Origin: a virus
Reading direction: 5' to 3' (one strand)
UHGV virus genome: UHGV-1442816
Length of the DNA: 28,902 bases
A model generated the notes under the pieces. It ran no database searches. It saw nothing but the letters and a program-made list of their open reading frames with translations, and was not told where the DNA came from. How positions within the stretch are numbered: position 1 is the first letter of the stretch; every line of letters begins with the position of its first letter. Below are positions 9,155 to 19,283 of the stretch, one piece after another. The position numbers were made by a program, and so were the translations under genes.

Positions 9155-9595
9155 TTAAAACTCCCCGAGAAGCTGGTCAATCTTGCCGCAGTCGAATACC
9201 CAGGCGACGGTTCCGCCCTCTTTAGCGTTATTGAAATCAGGCTGTTTCTGGAATGCACACGAACGCGCAGTAGAAATATCACCCGATGCCGTGTTGCGAA
9301 TGACGATCACGTTATTGCCCCAGGTGGCAGAGGACTGGCTTTGCGCGTTATACGCCAGAGACAGCTTCTTGTTAACCGGGGAGGTTTTCAGCAGCGTCAC
9401 CGTAATGGTGCCTGACTTATCGGCGTGCAGGCTGTGCATCACTTCGCCATCGGCACCGATGGTCATGGTGTTTTTGTTGCCGCCCATGGTCTGGGTAATA
9501 CCTTCCTCAGAGTTGGCAGAACCCTGACCAAGATCGATAACGCCGGTCGGCCCGGTGAGCGACGCGGTTACATCGAGAAAAGAATAAGTTGCCAT
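9155..9595 (-). CDS. Tail tube protein (contractile tail)
   Basis: 146-aa ORF immediately downstream of the sheath gene. Confidence 0.7.
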   Translation of the reverse strand: MATYSFLDVTASLTGPTGVIDLGQGSANSEEGITQTMGGNKNTMTIGADGEVMHSLHADKSGTITVTLLKTSPVNKKLSLAYNAQSQSSATWGNNVIVIRNTASGDISTARSCAFQKQPDFNNAKEGGTVAWVFDCGKIDQLLGEF

Positions 9596-9605
9596 TTATC
9601 GCTCC

Positions 9606-10766
9606 TTAGCGAACCACGTTGATCTGCACATCGGCATAATGAACTGCGCCAGCCAGCTTACAAGCCACCTGGATTAACGGCGCTTTGCGTGCTTCTCGGT
9701 CAGCCTGTGCTTGCTCGGAAAGAGGTTGCGCATACACGTAATAACCTTTTGTCAGCGTATCGCCGGAATTCAGTTGCCCGATAGGGCCACCATTCCACAC
9801 GCCAGCCGCTACCAGACCGTTCGTGACGGACTGATCCATGGACTGTTCAACGTTGGAAAGCAGACGGGTCACACCGGCATCAGTCTGCGGAATTTTGGTG
9901 GTGCTGGTGTAAAGCAGGTTATAGAGGTTGGTCTGAACGTAGTTCTGCAACCAGTCGAGCCCGTGGCGCTCGTCGAAGAAGTCACCGTTCGCCATGACAC
10001 CCTGTTGCAGGATCGCCGTGTCGTTGGCGTAGTACACGAACACGTTCGCATTCTTCGCATCCACAGCCGCCGCCTGTCCTACCGTCAGCGTTTCGTAGGT
10101 TACGCTCGGTTCCTGTTTGAATTTCAGGGTAATGGTGGTATTGCTGCCGTTGAAATTGACAGTAAACGCGCGACCGAAAGCTGAAACCGCCGCATAAGGG
10201 CTGCTGGTGGAATATTGAATAAAGGTACGGGAATACTTACCGGCCTTTAATTTAGACGCAACATCGGTCGTCGAAGTCGTGCTGATGATCTCAGCGTCGG
10301 CTGACGTTACCCCGAAAATGCGGCTCAGGCTGGACGCTTCGATGAGTTTAGCAACCTCAATCACGTCGTCAGCATCAAGCACATCATCGCCATCAGCAAC
10401 ATCATCAGCGACAACCAGCCCATACCAGTTGGTATACTGCAGGCAGGCATTAACAGCTTGCACGATGGTTTCCACGCTTCCACCTTCGGAAGAGGTCAGC
10501 GTCTTCGCCCAGCGGCCAACATAAACCTGCGTCGGCTTCGGCGACTGGCTGAAGAAAACCTGCGCCGCTTCATATTCCGGGCTGTCGACTCCGAAGTCCT
10601 CGCCAATGTCCTCAACGGACGCATAAAGGCGAACGCGCTCCTGCACCGGAATGACAGTGGAAGAACCGAGGATCAGCAGTGCGCCGAAGTTACGACCAGT
10701 AGCCGCTTTCGGCGAGATGATCACATCAACGTTTACAACGTTGGATACAGGTAAGCCCTGCGTCAT
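9606..10766 (-). CDS. Tail sheath protein
   Basis: 386-aa ORF; size and position before the tube gene; sequence character resembles the myovirus sheath family. Confidence 0.8.
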   Translation of the reverse strand: MTQGLPVSNVVNVDVIISPKAATGRNFGALLILGSSTVIPVQERVRLYASVEDIGEDFGVDSPEYEAAQVFFSQSPKPTQVYVGRWAKTLTSSEGGSVETIVQAVNACLQYTNWYGLVVADDVADGDDVLDADDVIEVAKLIEASSLSRIFGVTSADAEIISTTSTTDVASKLKAGKYSRTFIQYSTSSPYAAVSAFGRAFTVNFNGSNTTITLKFKQEPSVTYETLTVGQAAAVDAKNANVFVYYANDTAILQQGVMANGDFFDERHGLDWLQNYVQTNLYNLLYTSTTKIPQTDAGVTRLLSNVEQSMDQSVTNGLVAAGVWNGGPIGQLNSGDTLTKGYYVYAQPLSEQAQADREARKAPLIQVACKLAGAVHYADVQINVVR

Positions 10767-10769
10767 AGT

Positions 10770-11375
10770 TTATTCTCCAAAAAAGGTGACTGGCGCTTCC
10801 ACCAGCGATTTAATGCCGTACTCGCGCACGACCTTCCGGCGCAGGCGCACCGTCATGTCGTAGCGGCGAACCCATTGCTGGTTGATAAGTTCGGGGAAAG
10901 GGGTCAGGCCGGTATAGTCTCCCAGGGACAAACCGAGCGCATTCAGCTCAGCATTGTTTTGCGGGACAGATATGCCATCACGAAAACGGGACGCATAAGA
11001 CATACCAGCCGGGCCATAGAACGACGCCATGCACTCGAACGTTTCATGCCGCCAGAGCTGTGCGCCCTCGTCGGTCTGATTGGTGAATGCAGGACTGTTA
11101 TCAATGGGCCACCCGGTAACGCCGAACGCACACCAGTTCGTTTCAACTGACGGTAGTGATGGCTGTTCTTTCTGCCAGCGCGGGCGAACCATCCCCGCAG
11201 GCAAGCCGGAAACATTGCGCATCCATCGGCTTAGCAGCCTGTCGAGCGCTTCGTCATAATCAGGATCGCCGCTGGTGGGTGTCAGCCAGCCGCGCTCTGT
11301 GCTGGTGTTATTGCTCAACGGGAGTTCCCCCATCAAACGGCAGTAATTCGCAATGTGCCTGGACAAAGCCAGCAC
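10770..11375 (-). CDS. Head-tail joining / tail completion protein, unknown function
   Basis: 201-aa ORF between head genes and sheath; true start may be an internal Met because the 5' end overlaps the preceding ORF. Confidence 0.4.
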   Translation of the reverse strand: MLALSRHIANYCRLMGELPLSNNTSTERGWLTPTSGDPDYDEALDRLLSRWMRNVSGLPAGMVRPRWQKEQPSLPSVETNWCAFGVTGWPIDNSPAFTNQTDEGAQLWRHETFECMASFYGPAGMSYASRFRDGISVPQNNAELNALGLSLGDYTGLTPFPELINQQWVRRYDMTVRLRRKVVREYGIKSLVEAPVTFFGE

Positions 11376-11697
11376 CGTAAGCCGTGTACGGGTCGACGAA
11401 TGTCACACGATAATCACGGTTCTGGTACGTCACGATATCGGCATCACGGCCAGTCTGCCCCTGCGTCAGCCGCTCAGTTGTCACGATGAGAATCGCGCCA
11501 CTGATAACCTGGCCGGACTGCATACGTCGGTTTTCCAGGGAGCGGTCAACAGTAACATCCCCGGCAAACTGCTTTTTAACTTCACTGTCGCTGCCGATCC
11601 CGTCCTCATCCACCGTTTGCACTCGGCGTGTTACCCACAGGTTGAAGTCGCAAAAATCGGGGTCAAAAAGTACGTCCGTCACATCAAGATTCGGCAT
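11308..11697 (-). CDS. Head-tail joining protein, unknown function
   Basis: 129-aa ORF in the structural operon. Confidence 0.4.
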   Translation of the reverse strand: MPNLDVTDVLFDPDFCDFNLWVTRRVQTVDEDGIGSDSEVKKQFAGDVTVDRSLENRRMQSGQVISGAILIVTTERLTQGQTGRDADIVTYQNRDYRVTFVDPYTAYGAGFVQAHCELLPFDGGTPVEQ

Positions 11698-12238
11698 CTT
11701 TATCCCTCACAACATGGGTAATGGCTCTGCGATATTGCCCGGTGTCAATTAGCGGTTTCACCAGGTCGGTTCCGGGAGACTCGCCAGCAGCGCGCCGCGC
11801 AAGTTCCGCTTTTGCCCCTTTGCGGCCACGGCGTGCACGGGCTTCAACGGTGCTATCAGCAAGCGGTGTAAAGCCGGTAATGGTCATGTAACGCCTGACG
11901 CCATTAGCGGCCAGCGTTCCGGCGCGGTTGAGCGCTCTTTCCGCACCCGCCGCATTACCATCAAGCGCAGCCTGCGCTGCTGCTTTTAGCTGCGGCACTG
12001 TCTGTTCTTCTACCGATTTAACACCGGGGATCAGGTGTGGTCGTGGGGGGATGTTTTGCGCCGGTGAGCCGTATTCATTGACGTAGCCGATCCCCGCATT
12101 ACCAAACGGAACATCTTCACGCTCGCTGTCTTCTTCCGGGATGCCCACCAGCACTTCTTTTTTACTGATGGATTTGAGCGCATCCAGGATGGCCTGAGCG
12201 TTATCCACCCTCGTTGTTACACCGCTTTTGAAACTCAT
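11684..12238 (-). CDS. Virion morphogenesis / neck protein, unknown function
   Basis: 184-aa ORF in the structural operon; start overlaps preceding stop. Confidence 0.4.
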   Translation of the reverse strand: MSFKSGVTTRVDNAQAILDALKSISKKEVLVGIPEEDSEREDVPFGNAGIGYVNEYGSPAQNIPPRPHLIPGVKSVEEQTVPQLKAAAQAALDGNAAGAERALNRAGTLAANGVRRYMTITGFTPLADSTVEARARRGRKGAKAELARRAAGESPGTDLVKPLIDTGQYRRAITHVVRDKDAES

Positions 12239-12642
12239 AGCTGGCGACCGCCCGCACCGAACATCGTGATCAGCTGATAAAATTCAGCGCCATATCGGGT
12301 GTTATTCCAGAAGCCTGCGTCAGGGTTTAGCGTCGCGCTGGTGTCATAGCTGACGCTTACCTTGTCAACGGACTTGGAGGACTGAACACCATTGGTTGAG
12401 CCACCCGGGCCGCCGACGAGCATTGCCCGGCTATCTGCCGCCCAGAGCGTCATGTAGTGAGCCACGAACAACTCGACAAAGTACGGAAACAACTCTTTGC
12501 CGGTGACGTTTTCGCTCAGCAGCACATCAGCCAGATTCAGACGAAACTGGATTTGTGCTTCGGGATATTTGGCAGGGTCAGCAAACTGTGGAAAGTCGCG
12601 CCGAAAATCACTTACTGTTGGCAGGCTTTGATTCTTTGGCAT
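12235..12642 (-). CDS. Head completion / connector protein, unknown function
   Basis: ORF track gives 12235..12741; the first 30-odd codons overlap the upstream gene, so I favour the internal Met at about 12642. Confidence 0.4.
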   Translation of the reverse strand: MPKNQSLPTVSDFRRDFPQFADPAKYPEAQIQFRLNLADVLLSENVTGKELFPYFVELFVAHYMTLWAADSRAMLVGGPGGSTNGVQSSKSVDKVSVSYDTSATLNPDAGFWNNTRYGAEFYQLITMFGAGGRQL

Positions 12643-12997
12643 CTTTCGCCCCATTACCGCCAGTCTGGGCGGCAGCAATCTGCGCTTGCAGGCTGTCGTT
12701 CTGCTCTTGCAGCTTGAGCAGCGCTTCTCGCAGATCGGCAATCAGCTGATCTTTATCGATAATCTGCTTATCTTTGTCGGCAATCTGAGCTTGCAGGCTG
12801 TCGATAATGGGTTGCAGATCATCGGTGTCGCTAATCACGCTTTCGGAAAGCTCGGAGTGCGCCTGGGTGAACCAGTGCGACGCGACCTCTTCCGGTACGT
12901 TATGCCGTCCCCGGCCAAACTCCCTTTTTGACTGATCGCCGAGCGTCAGCGTAAACGGGGTGTGAACATGGATGGTAACCAGCTTTTCTTTCGCCAT
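12608..12997 (-). CDS. Structural protein with C-terminal coiled-coil repeats, unknown function
   Basis: 129-aa ORF directly after the capsid gene and a stem-loop; C-terminus has heptad-like Q/D/K/L repeats mirrored by DNA repeats. Confidence 0.45.
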   Translation of the reverse strand: MAKEKLVTIHVHTPFTLTLGDQSKREFGRGRHNVPEEVASHWFTQAHSELSESVISDTDDLQPIIDSLQAQIADKDKQIIDKDQLIADLREALLKLQEQNDSLQAQIAAAQTGGNGAKDAKESKPANSK

Positions 12998-13038
12998 TTT
13001 CAGTTCCCTTCTGGCCCCTTTCGGGGCCGTTCTGGTTA

Positions 13039-13398
13039 TCAGATACCGTCCACGTAGGACAGGGTTTCTTTGTACACTGGCTCAACCGCACCGAGCTTGC
13101 CGTAGTAGGTCGCAATCTGATACAGACCGCGATACTGGACAGGAACGCTCTGCAACGGCACCAGCGGATAGCGCACGTATTTCTTGTCGTTGGTGTAGGC
13201 GATCATACGGTCTTTACCGCCAACCCCACGCCCTTTCAGCCATTTGACCGCTTTGATTTCAAGCGGAACGCCGTTCTGGTGGAAAGCGATAGTGTTCACA
13301 GCCAGATAGGTCAGCAGTGACTGGTTACCCGCTTCGGAAACCTTACGGCTCGCCAGCAGTGAATACTGCTCTGGCGGAATGCGCAGATCAGAAGGCAC
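13039..13398 (-). pseudogene. Major capsid protein, C-terminal part, downstream of an in-frame TAG
   Basis: Same frame as 13420..13980 and separated from it only by TAG at 13422..13420 plus seven sense codons. No Shine-Dalgarno sequence before the GTG at 13398. Confidence 0.55.
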
Positions 13399-13419
13399 GA
13401 TGGAATAACCGGATGCTGC

Positions 13420-13980
13420 CTAGGCATTAGACAGAATGCTGTTCACGCTATCGAGGATCTCGTCGTTGGTTGAGTTCGCCCAGGTCTTCGGCGCGTTGTT
13501 CAGCGTCACACCGACGAGGTTTGCCAGACCTTTCAGGCCGAGTGCGTCATCACCGATGTAAACCTGCTCGTCGTTGTCCATCTGCCATTTGAGCTGCATC
13601 CCGTCGTACTTCTGGGTATCAATCGGGCGGCCTACCTGCTGAGCAGCTGCCAGCTCTACAACGGTCCAGCCCAGTTCCATACCCCAGAGGTTCAGTGGAT
13701 TGCCGTCTTTGCTGATATCCACGTTCACGCCAGCAATAGCGGTGGAGTCTTTGCCTACCCAGTTTTTACCATTCGGATTTGCACCAGTACCCGCAGCGGC
13801 GAAGCTGGTATTCGTCCAGCTGGAAATGTCATCTGCGATAGACACGTCTTCACGCAGTTGAATATCTCGGGTCCAGGTGTACCCCACCAGAGGCAGGTTC
13901 AGCGTCTGGTCGAGTCGCTCCAGCTCCCCGATGAGAAAGGCACCAGAGCTATCAACGGTTGCCTGATCAAAAGTAATCAT
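13420..13980 (-). CDS. Major capsid protein, N-terminal part, ending at an in-frame amber codon
   Basis: 186-aa ORF in the position expected for the major capsid gene (after scaffold and a 167-aa head protein). The two parts together give about 313 aa, a typical capsid size. Confidence 0.55.
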   Translation of the reverse strand: MITFDQATVDSSGAFLIGELERLDQTLNLPLVGYTWTRDIQLREDVSIADDISSWTNTSFAAAGTGANPNGKNWVGKDSTAIAGVNVDISKDGNPLNLWGMELGWTVVELAAAQQVGRPIDTQKYDGMQLKWQMDNDEQVYIGDDALGLKGLANLVGVTLNNAPKTWANSTNDEILDSVNSILSNA

Positions 13981-13991
13981 TCGTCTGTTCC

Positions 13992-14495
13992 TTAAATCTT
14001 CCAGGAGATTTCTGCATTGCCGTTAGCGTCACCGGCCCCTGTGAATTCGGCGTTGGTCAGCGCCACGTTTTTGCCACTGACGGACGTGGACATGAAGCCG
14101 CCCAGCGGCACTTTGATGGATTCATCAGTGGAGACGACAACGTATACCGGGTCGCCTTTTTTGATGGTGCTGGCATCAAAATCAGAACCGAGATTAACGG
14201 TCATGTAGCCACGCTTCATGGCGTCACCCGGGAAGTTCTTATCCGTCCCCACCTGGCGAACCATGTCTGGCTGCGATGTGGTCGGATACGGACGAACGTA
14301 GATCCCCTTCACCTTGTCGGCGGTGTCACCGTCCGCCAGCGGCACGAAAAAGCCGTCAGCGTCATATTTGCCAGCCAGACCATAGGCAGCGAAGGCGTTA
14401 GCGGATTTAAGGATCACCGGCTCGACGGTTAAATCCTGCGGGCGAGAGATAGCCCCGGCAATGCCAACAGGCATCCGGTACAAATATGCAGTCAT
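13992..14495 (-). CDS. Head protein (possible decoration or accessory head protein)
   Basis: 167-aa ORF between scaffold/protease and major capsid genes. Confidence 0.45.
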   Translation of the reverse strand: MTAYLYRMPVGIAGAISRPQDLTVEPVILKSANAFAAYGLAGKYDADGFFVPLADGDTADKVKGIYVRPYPTTSQPDMVRQVGTDKNFPGDAMKRGYMTVNLGSDFDASTIKKGDPVYVVVSTDESIKVPLGGFMSTSVSGKNVALTNAEFTGAGDANGNAEISWKI

Positions 14496-14499
14496 TGGA

Positions 14500-15732
14500 T
14501 TATCCTTTGCGGTTAGACCAGAAGTCGGCGTTTTGTTTGTTCAGGGAAGCGATGCTGGTCATGCCCATATTTGGACGTTGTGCATCGCCCGTGGTGCTGC
14601 GGGTGTTTCGCCCTTTGGCAATCTCTGACACGGCGTTAAACGCCATATCTACCGATTGCTTGGGCAATTTGCGGATATCCGCATCACCGACAACCTGGCG
14701 AACCAGTGTTTTGTCAGCGGCAGCCAGCACATCACGTTTGAACGCGGTCGGTTTCACCTTACGGCTCAGATCGATACCCGGGACGATAACCTCGGCACGA
14801 TAGGCAGAGTCACCGGTAATCGTGGTTTCCTCTTCGTCGTCCTCGCCGTCGCCGGTCGGATCTTTTTTGTCTTTTTCGTCAGGCTTATTGTCGTTATCGC
14901 CCGTCGCAGTTCCTTCGAGCTTAGCCAGCAGGGCTTTGAGCAAGGTTTTGATATCGTCCTCGCCGTCGCCGGTTGGATCTCCGCCCATTTCCGGCTTTTT
15001 GTCCGGCAATGGTTGCTGCGGTGAAAGGTTAATGTTGAGGTTAACGCCGCTCGGCAGATCCCCTTCGTCACCCGTTACCGCCGCTGGCGCAGAGTCCAGC
15101 AGTTCGTTCATGGTGTCAGCGTCACCCGTTTTGATGGCCGTGCGCATGCGGGTCCACCAGCTTTTCTTTTGATTTGCCATTGTGTCTCTGTCTCCAATTG
15201 CACAACGATTTCCGGCTCTGCCTTTAGGGACAAGAGCCACATGGTTTCCGGTAATATCGACCTGCTCGGCTTTACCTGGCTCGGTCTGCTCGTACTCCGC
15301 GTCATAGCCGCACGACACTTCGCGCAGACCATCTTCGATAAGCTGAATGGCGCTTTCGTCTTTGACGATAAGGTCTGCCAGCATCAAATCAGACTGGTCA
15401 CCAGTCCCGCGCCGCACATTCTGAAGATGCCCGACAGCAAGCTCTTTCCAGTTCTCGGGATTTACCAGCCGCACATTCCCGTTTTCATCTTCAGGATGCA
15501 GGATCGTGATGCTCATCCCTTCGAATGAGGCGAGCGTGGCCGGATGGAATACCTGCTCAGGAGAACGCGTTACGACTATCTCACCGAGCTTGTCGGGTTT
15601 GAGGTTTGGCAGATCGGCAGCGCCGTAGAGCTGCTTACCCGTTCGACCTATCGGCACGTCTTTACACAACAGCGAGCCGTCAGCCAGCTGATAGCGGGTT
15701 TCCCCCAGCCGGGTATTGAAAAAATATTTCAT
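14500..15732 (-). CDS. Putative prohead protease / scaffold protein (Mu gpI-like)
   Basis: 410-aa ORF after the MuF-like gene; C-terminal half is highly acidic and low-complexity with repeated DPTGDGEDD motifs, typical of scaffolding domains. Confidence 0.5.
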   Translation of the reverse strand: MKYFFNTRLGETRYQLADGSLLCKDVPIGRTGKQLYGAADLPNLKPDKLGEIVVTRSPEQVFHPATLASFEGMSITILHPEDENGNVRLVNPENWKELAVGHLQNVRRGTGDQSDLMLADLIVKDESAIQLIEDGLREVSCGYDAEYEQTEPGKAEQVDITGNHVALVPKGRAGNRCAIGDRDTMANQKKSWWTRMRTAIKTGDADTMNELLDSAPAAVTGDEGDLPSGVNLNINLSPQQPLPDKKPEMGGDPTGDGEDDIKTLLKALLAKLEGTATGDNDNKPDEKDKKDPTGDGEDDEEETTITGDSAYRAEVIVPGIDLSRKVKPTAFKRDVLAAADKTLVRQVVGDADIRKLPKQSVDMAFNAVSEIAKGRNTRSTTGDAQRPNMGMTSIASLNKQNADFWSNRKG

Positions 15733-15746
15733 GGTTTACCTGCGAT

Positions 15747-16520
15747 TCAGGCGAGATAAGAATGAGGGTTGGGGAAGACGATTTCTTTGTAACAGCGGCA
15801 GTTCGGCAGCTCACCAGCGTGACCGGTCATACCGTCAAGCGTTGGAGGTCGGCCCCATTCGACAAACTTACCTTCCATCTCCCGATGAGAATGCCGGACG
15901 TCGCCATCTTCGGCTGTACGCCAGATATAACCATTCGAGCCGATTGACAGCGCACGCGCCTGATCCAGCGCGCCGGTTGCGCGTCCAAGCTCGGTACGGG
16001 CGATAAGGTTCGCTCGTGAGCGTGACACGTCACCGGACGCAGCTATCTCTTTCGCGAATGGCTCAGCGCGGCCACCAGCCACAACGGCCTCGATGGCTTT
16101 GTTCTGAATGTCATACACCCGATCGGCGGCCTCAAGAGGCAGTGACTTGATGTACTTAATTTGCTCGGCGACGATGGATTTCATCACCTGGCCTACCGGG
16201 GCGCGGTCGACCATGTTGCGTAGTTCTGCGCTGATGTTCCGGCTGTGCTGACGCCACTGCTTTTCATTCTGGCGCGCTATGTCTGCGGTGAAGTTCTCAG
16301 CAACCTTCGTCGCCCAGGGGGTGATGATTTCGCTGTAGCGCTCCAGCGCATCCATTATTTCGGTGACGCTATCGTTTGAACCATCGTAGCGCCCATTTAC
16401 GATATCCCCGACCGCCCGCGCTATCTGCCGTAGGCTCGTTCGATATCGGATCTCCGCCTGGCGACTCTGGCGGTTTGTCGCCAAGTTCGCCGATGCCTGG
16501 CGGCGCTTCGTCTTCGGCAT
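15747..16520 (-). CDS. Head morphogenesis protein (Mu F / SPP1 gp7 family)
   Basis: 257-aa ORF immediately after the portal gene; start uncertain because the first ~50 codons overlap the portal 3' end. Confidence 0.6.
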   Translation of the reverse strand: MPKTKRRQASANLATNRQSRQAEIRYRTSLRQIARAVGDIVNGRYDGSNDSVTEIMDALERYSEIITPWATKVAENFTADIARQNEKQWRQHSRNISAELRNMVDRAPVGQVMKSIVAEQIKYIKSLPLEAADRVYDIQNKAIEAVVAGGRAEPFAKEIAASGDVSRSRANLIARTELGRATGALDQARALSIGSNGYIWRTAEDGDVRHSHREMEGKFVEWGRPPTLDGMTGHAGELPNCRCYKEIVFPNPHSYLA

Positions 16521-17838
16521 TCTCGATATCCTCGTCGGTAATGGATGCCCCGATGCCGGTGACGTCAGAGTTTTCGCGCAGGTCGGTCATCGCCGCCTTA
16601 CGCGTCATCAATCCGTCGCCCAGCGCGGTACTGATCGCGTTGGTGGTGTTTACGGCCACCGTTGATCGGTCAACGTCTGACATTTGCCATAGCGGGTTAA
16701 ACTCAAACGTGAAATCGTCCGGCAGCGGCTTACCGAGTTCCGATCGGTGCATAATGTCCAGTATCCGGCGCATCGGCAGCCGTAAGCGGCGCTCCTGCAA
16801 TGAGCTCACCCGGTCGTAATAGTTGGCGAGGTCTGCGTCACCAGTAGAGAAGCCTTTTGGGGACTGACCGAACAGGCGTACCAGCGGGATACCAACGGCA
16901 CCGCTGATCTGCTCAGCGAACTGCGAAAGAATGTCATCCAGACCACTGAAGCTGTACTGGTGGGTTTCGAACTTATCCCGCGAGTCCATGAGCGTCATGC
17001 CTTCATTGCTCTGGAACTGGCGGATCAGGTCGATGTTCTTCAGCAGCGCCTCGAACGCCGGGCCGCCAAGCGCGATAAGCTCTCGCAGCTTCTCCACGCT
17101 GTAGGTGCGCAGATGCGCTTTGTAGACCAACTGAGCCGCGCCGACAGTGGCGCTGTCGAACGCAGTAAGCCGATCCCAGATACGCTCTACAACCGACATT
17201 CCCCATTCGTTTTCGGTCATCTTCTGCTGGAATGGCAGCGTCACCCCGTCGAAGCGGATCAGGCGACTGTGATGGATGCGCCAGGCCGGGATGCCCGTTG
17301 CGGTGGTCACCACGTCGTAAAACTCAGGTTTGCCGAGATCTGGCCCCATCTCTTTAATGCGGCGTGTCAGCACCGGGTTAATCATCCAGCGGTCGAGCGG
17401 GAGAATGCCCTTAAACTTGCCCTCGCCAATGGTTTCGAGTCGCAGCGGGGTCATTGGTGCCTGCCCCTCGATCATGATGAAGCCGACCGCGCCGCCGTAG
17501 AGACGCGACCATTTCAGCACGTCGTTCAGCGCATCCCAGATCTGCAACTCATCCAGTTGCGCTTCGAGGGTGCCACGGTCTTTGGCGTCAATCTCCGAAG
17601 TGATGCGAATGCCTTTACGGGTCATGTCGTCCGGGATAGCGTCGACCGCTTCGCCGATAACCCACGAACCGCGATATGACCATTCCACCAGCATGCGGTT
17701 GCGGCTGGTGGAGTTCGCCCGGTAGGTTGATGCTGAATGCTGGTTAGGCGTCTGCATCCCCACGCGGGCGAAAAAGTTCTCATAGCCATCAGCGGTGGCC
17801 TGTGCCGTTCGCTGAGAGGATTGCTTGTTTCGTGCCAT
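16369..17838 (-). CDS. Portal protein
   Basis: About 490 aa; I place the start at the Met whose ATG overlaps the terminase stop (TGATG) rather than the upstream Met of the ORF-track call 16369..17865. Position directly after the large terminase. Confidence 0.75.
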   Translation of the reverse strand: MARNKQSSQRTAQATADGYENFFARVGMQTPNQHSASTYRANSTSRNRMLVEWSYRGSWVIGEAVDAIPDDMTRKGIRITSEIDAKDRGTLEAQLDELQIWDALNDVLKWSRLYGGAVGFIMIEGQAPMTPLRLETIGEGKFKGILPLDRWMINPVLTRRIKEMGPDLGKPEFYDVVTTATGIPAWRIHHSRLIRFDGVTLPFQQKMTENEWGMSVVERIWDRLTAFDSATVGAAQLVYKAHLRTYSVEKLRELIALGGPAFEALLKNIDLIRQFQSNEGMTLMDSRDKFETHQYSFSGLDDILSQFAEQISGAVGIPLVRLFGQSPKGFSTGDADLANYYDRVSSLQERRLRLPMRRILDIMHRSELGKPLPDDFTFEFNPLWQMSDVDRSTVAVNTTNAISTALGDGLMTRKAAMTDLRENSDVTGIGASITDEDIENAEDEAPPGIGELGDKPPESPGGDPISNEPTADSAGGRGYRKWALRWFKR

Positions 17839-19283
17839 CAGGCTTGCCTCCCGAGCAATTCCCAAATATCCATTGTTGTATCGGTCGGCGCGAACGCCAT
17901 TATGAAAGCGTCGGCAATGTTAGGTGAGGGGATATCGCGCTTAGCCAAATCTTTCTTGCTTTCAACCATAACCCTACCGTTACGATCAAAGTCTCGGTGC
18001 GGGGTCGTCAGCTCAAGCTTTAGTTTCTCCAGGTGCGGGCACGATGAATCGATACTTATCAACTCATCAACAGGATATTCCTCTCCATTTTTCACCGCGT
18101 TGAACGTATTACGAAAGCGATCAGCTACCAGCCACCATGCCTGGGCTTTCAGATTGGCAAAGAAGTCTTTATTCGGAATGCCGTTATATTCAGAATCTGG
18201 CTCGTTCACACCAGCGCCAGCATTGAAGCGTTGATAATTAACTGGTCGTGAATAAGGATTTTCACGTCGTCTGTCTTCGTTAATTTCCGAGAATTTAGCA
18301 CCAGCAGAAGCGCCAACACCAATGGAGTCATAAACGATATCAGCACTTCTCTCTGTGGCTGCCTGATATGCCCGCTGGCAGCTTTTAAGAAGCTCGTCTT
18401 CTTTTGCCTTCCATTCATCAGCCCAATACACAACGGAGCCATGACGATAAACATTGGAGCACTTATCCGCACCGCTATCGGCAACGTCGAAGCCTATTCG
18501 CTTTCGTCCGTTTGGCTCAAAACCAAGCACCTTATGGGCATCTATTGCAGCCTCAATCCACGAAAGTTTAATAATTGCCGCGTCATCATCAGATTCGGGA
18601 ACCCCCATATAAACGTGGTCAAACCCCTCCGGATCACGACGCTTTGCAGCCGAGATAACCTTAAGCATGGTGTCTGAGAGGAATGGGTTTTCGTCGTAAT
18701 TGATTTTTCGCACCAACGTATCTTCTGGTGGATCAACAACGAAATTACGCCATACAAAGTCAGTCACCAGACCAGGGTTAAAAATAAACCAGCATTCAGA
18801 TCCGCTTTTACGAATGGTTGGTTCCAGTATCTTCCACTGGTATTCCGTTAGTGCATGGGCTTCTTCAAGCCACAAAACGCTGATACCTTCCAGGGATTTA
18901 ATTTCTTCGATATTGCGCCATAAACCGTAAAACACGAATTCTGAGCCAGTGACCCGGTTGATAATTTTATTATTCAGAATTCGGAAGCGATGCCGCAGCC
19001 CAAACCGTTCAATCTGTATTTTGAGCAGGGTATAAACCGACTCTTCGATTTTGTTCTGAATTTGACGTGCGCAACAGAAACGCAGGTTGTATTTATTTGC
19101 CAGAAAGACAGCAAACCCAGCAGCATCCCATGACTTTGACGATGAGCGCCCACCAAAAAGTACTTTATTTCGAGCCTGTGTCGTCCAGAAGTTCCTTAGG
19201 GCCGGATTCAGGGTCGGTTTGGATGTCAGAGTAGAAGTCATTAAGGTCACGATCTCCATTACCGTCATCAACGCCAGCATCAC
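17838..19283 (-). CDS. Terminase large subunit
   Basis: 481-aa ORF with Walker A-like GGRSSSKS near the N-terminus; size and position. True start may be an internal Met near 19241. Confidence 0.8.
   Translation of the reverse strand: MMLALMTVMEIVTLMTSTLTSKPTLNPALRNFWTTQARNKVLFGGRSSSKSWDAAGFAVFLANKYNLRFCCARQIQNKIEESVYTLLKIQIERFGLRHRFRILNNKIINRVTGSEFVFYGLWRNIEEIKSLEGISVLWLEEAHALTEYQWKILEPTIRKSGSECWFIFNPGLVTDFVWRNFVVDPPEDTLVRKINYDENPFLSDTMLKVISAAKRRDPEGFDHVYMGVPESDDDAAIIKLSWIEAAIDAHKVLGFEPNGRKRIGFDVADSGADKCSNVYRHGSVVYWADEWKAKEDELLKSCQRAYQAATERSADIVYDSIGVGASAGAKFSEINEDRRRENPYSRPVNYQRFNAGAGVNEPDSEYNGIPNKDFFANLKAQAWWLVADRFRNTFNAVKNGEEYPVDELISIDSSCPHLEKLKLELTTPHRDFDRNGRVMVESKKDLAKRDIPSPNIADAFIMAFAPTDTTMDIWELLGRQA

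Noticed and set aside
14656-15172. Plus-strand ORFs (122 and 116 aa, Ser/Pro-rich) inside the scaffold gene
   Set aside because: They mirror the acidic repeat region of the minus-strand gene; low-complexity antisense artefacts.
16960-17679. 239-aa plus-strand ORF inside the portal gene
   Set aside because: Antisense shadow ORF; the operon context is entirely minus-strand and the product is Arg/His/Ala-rich low-complexity.
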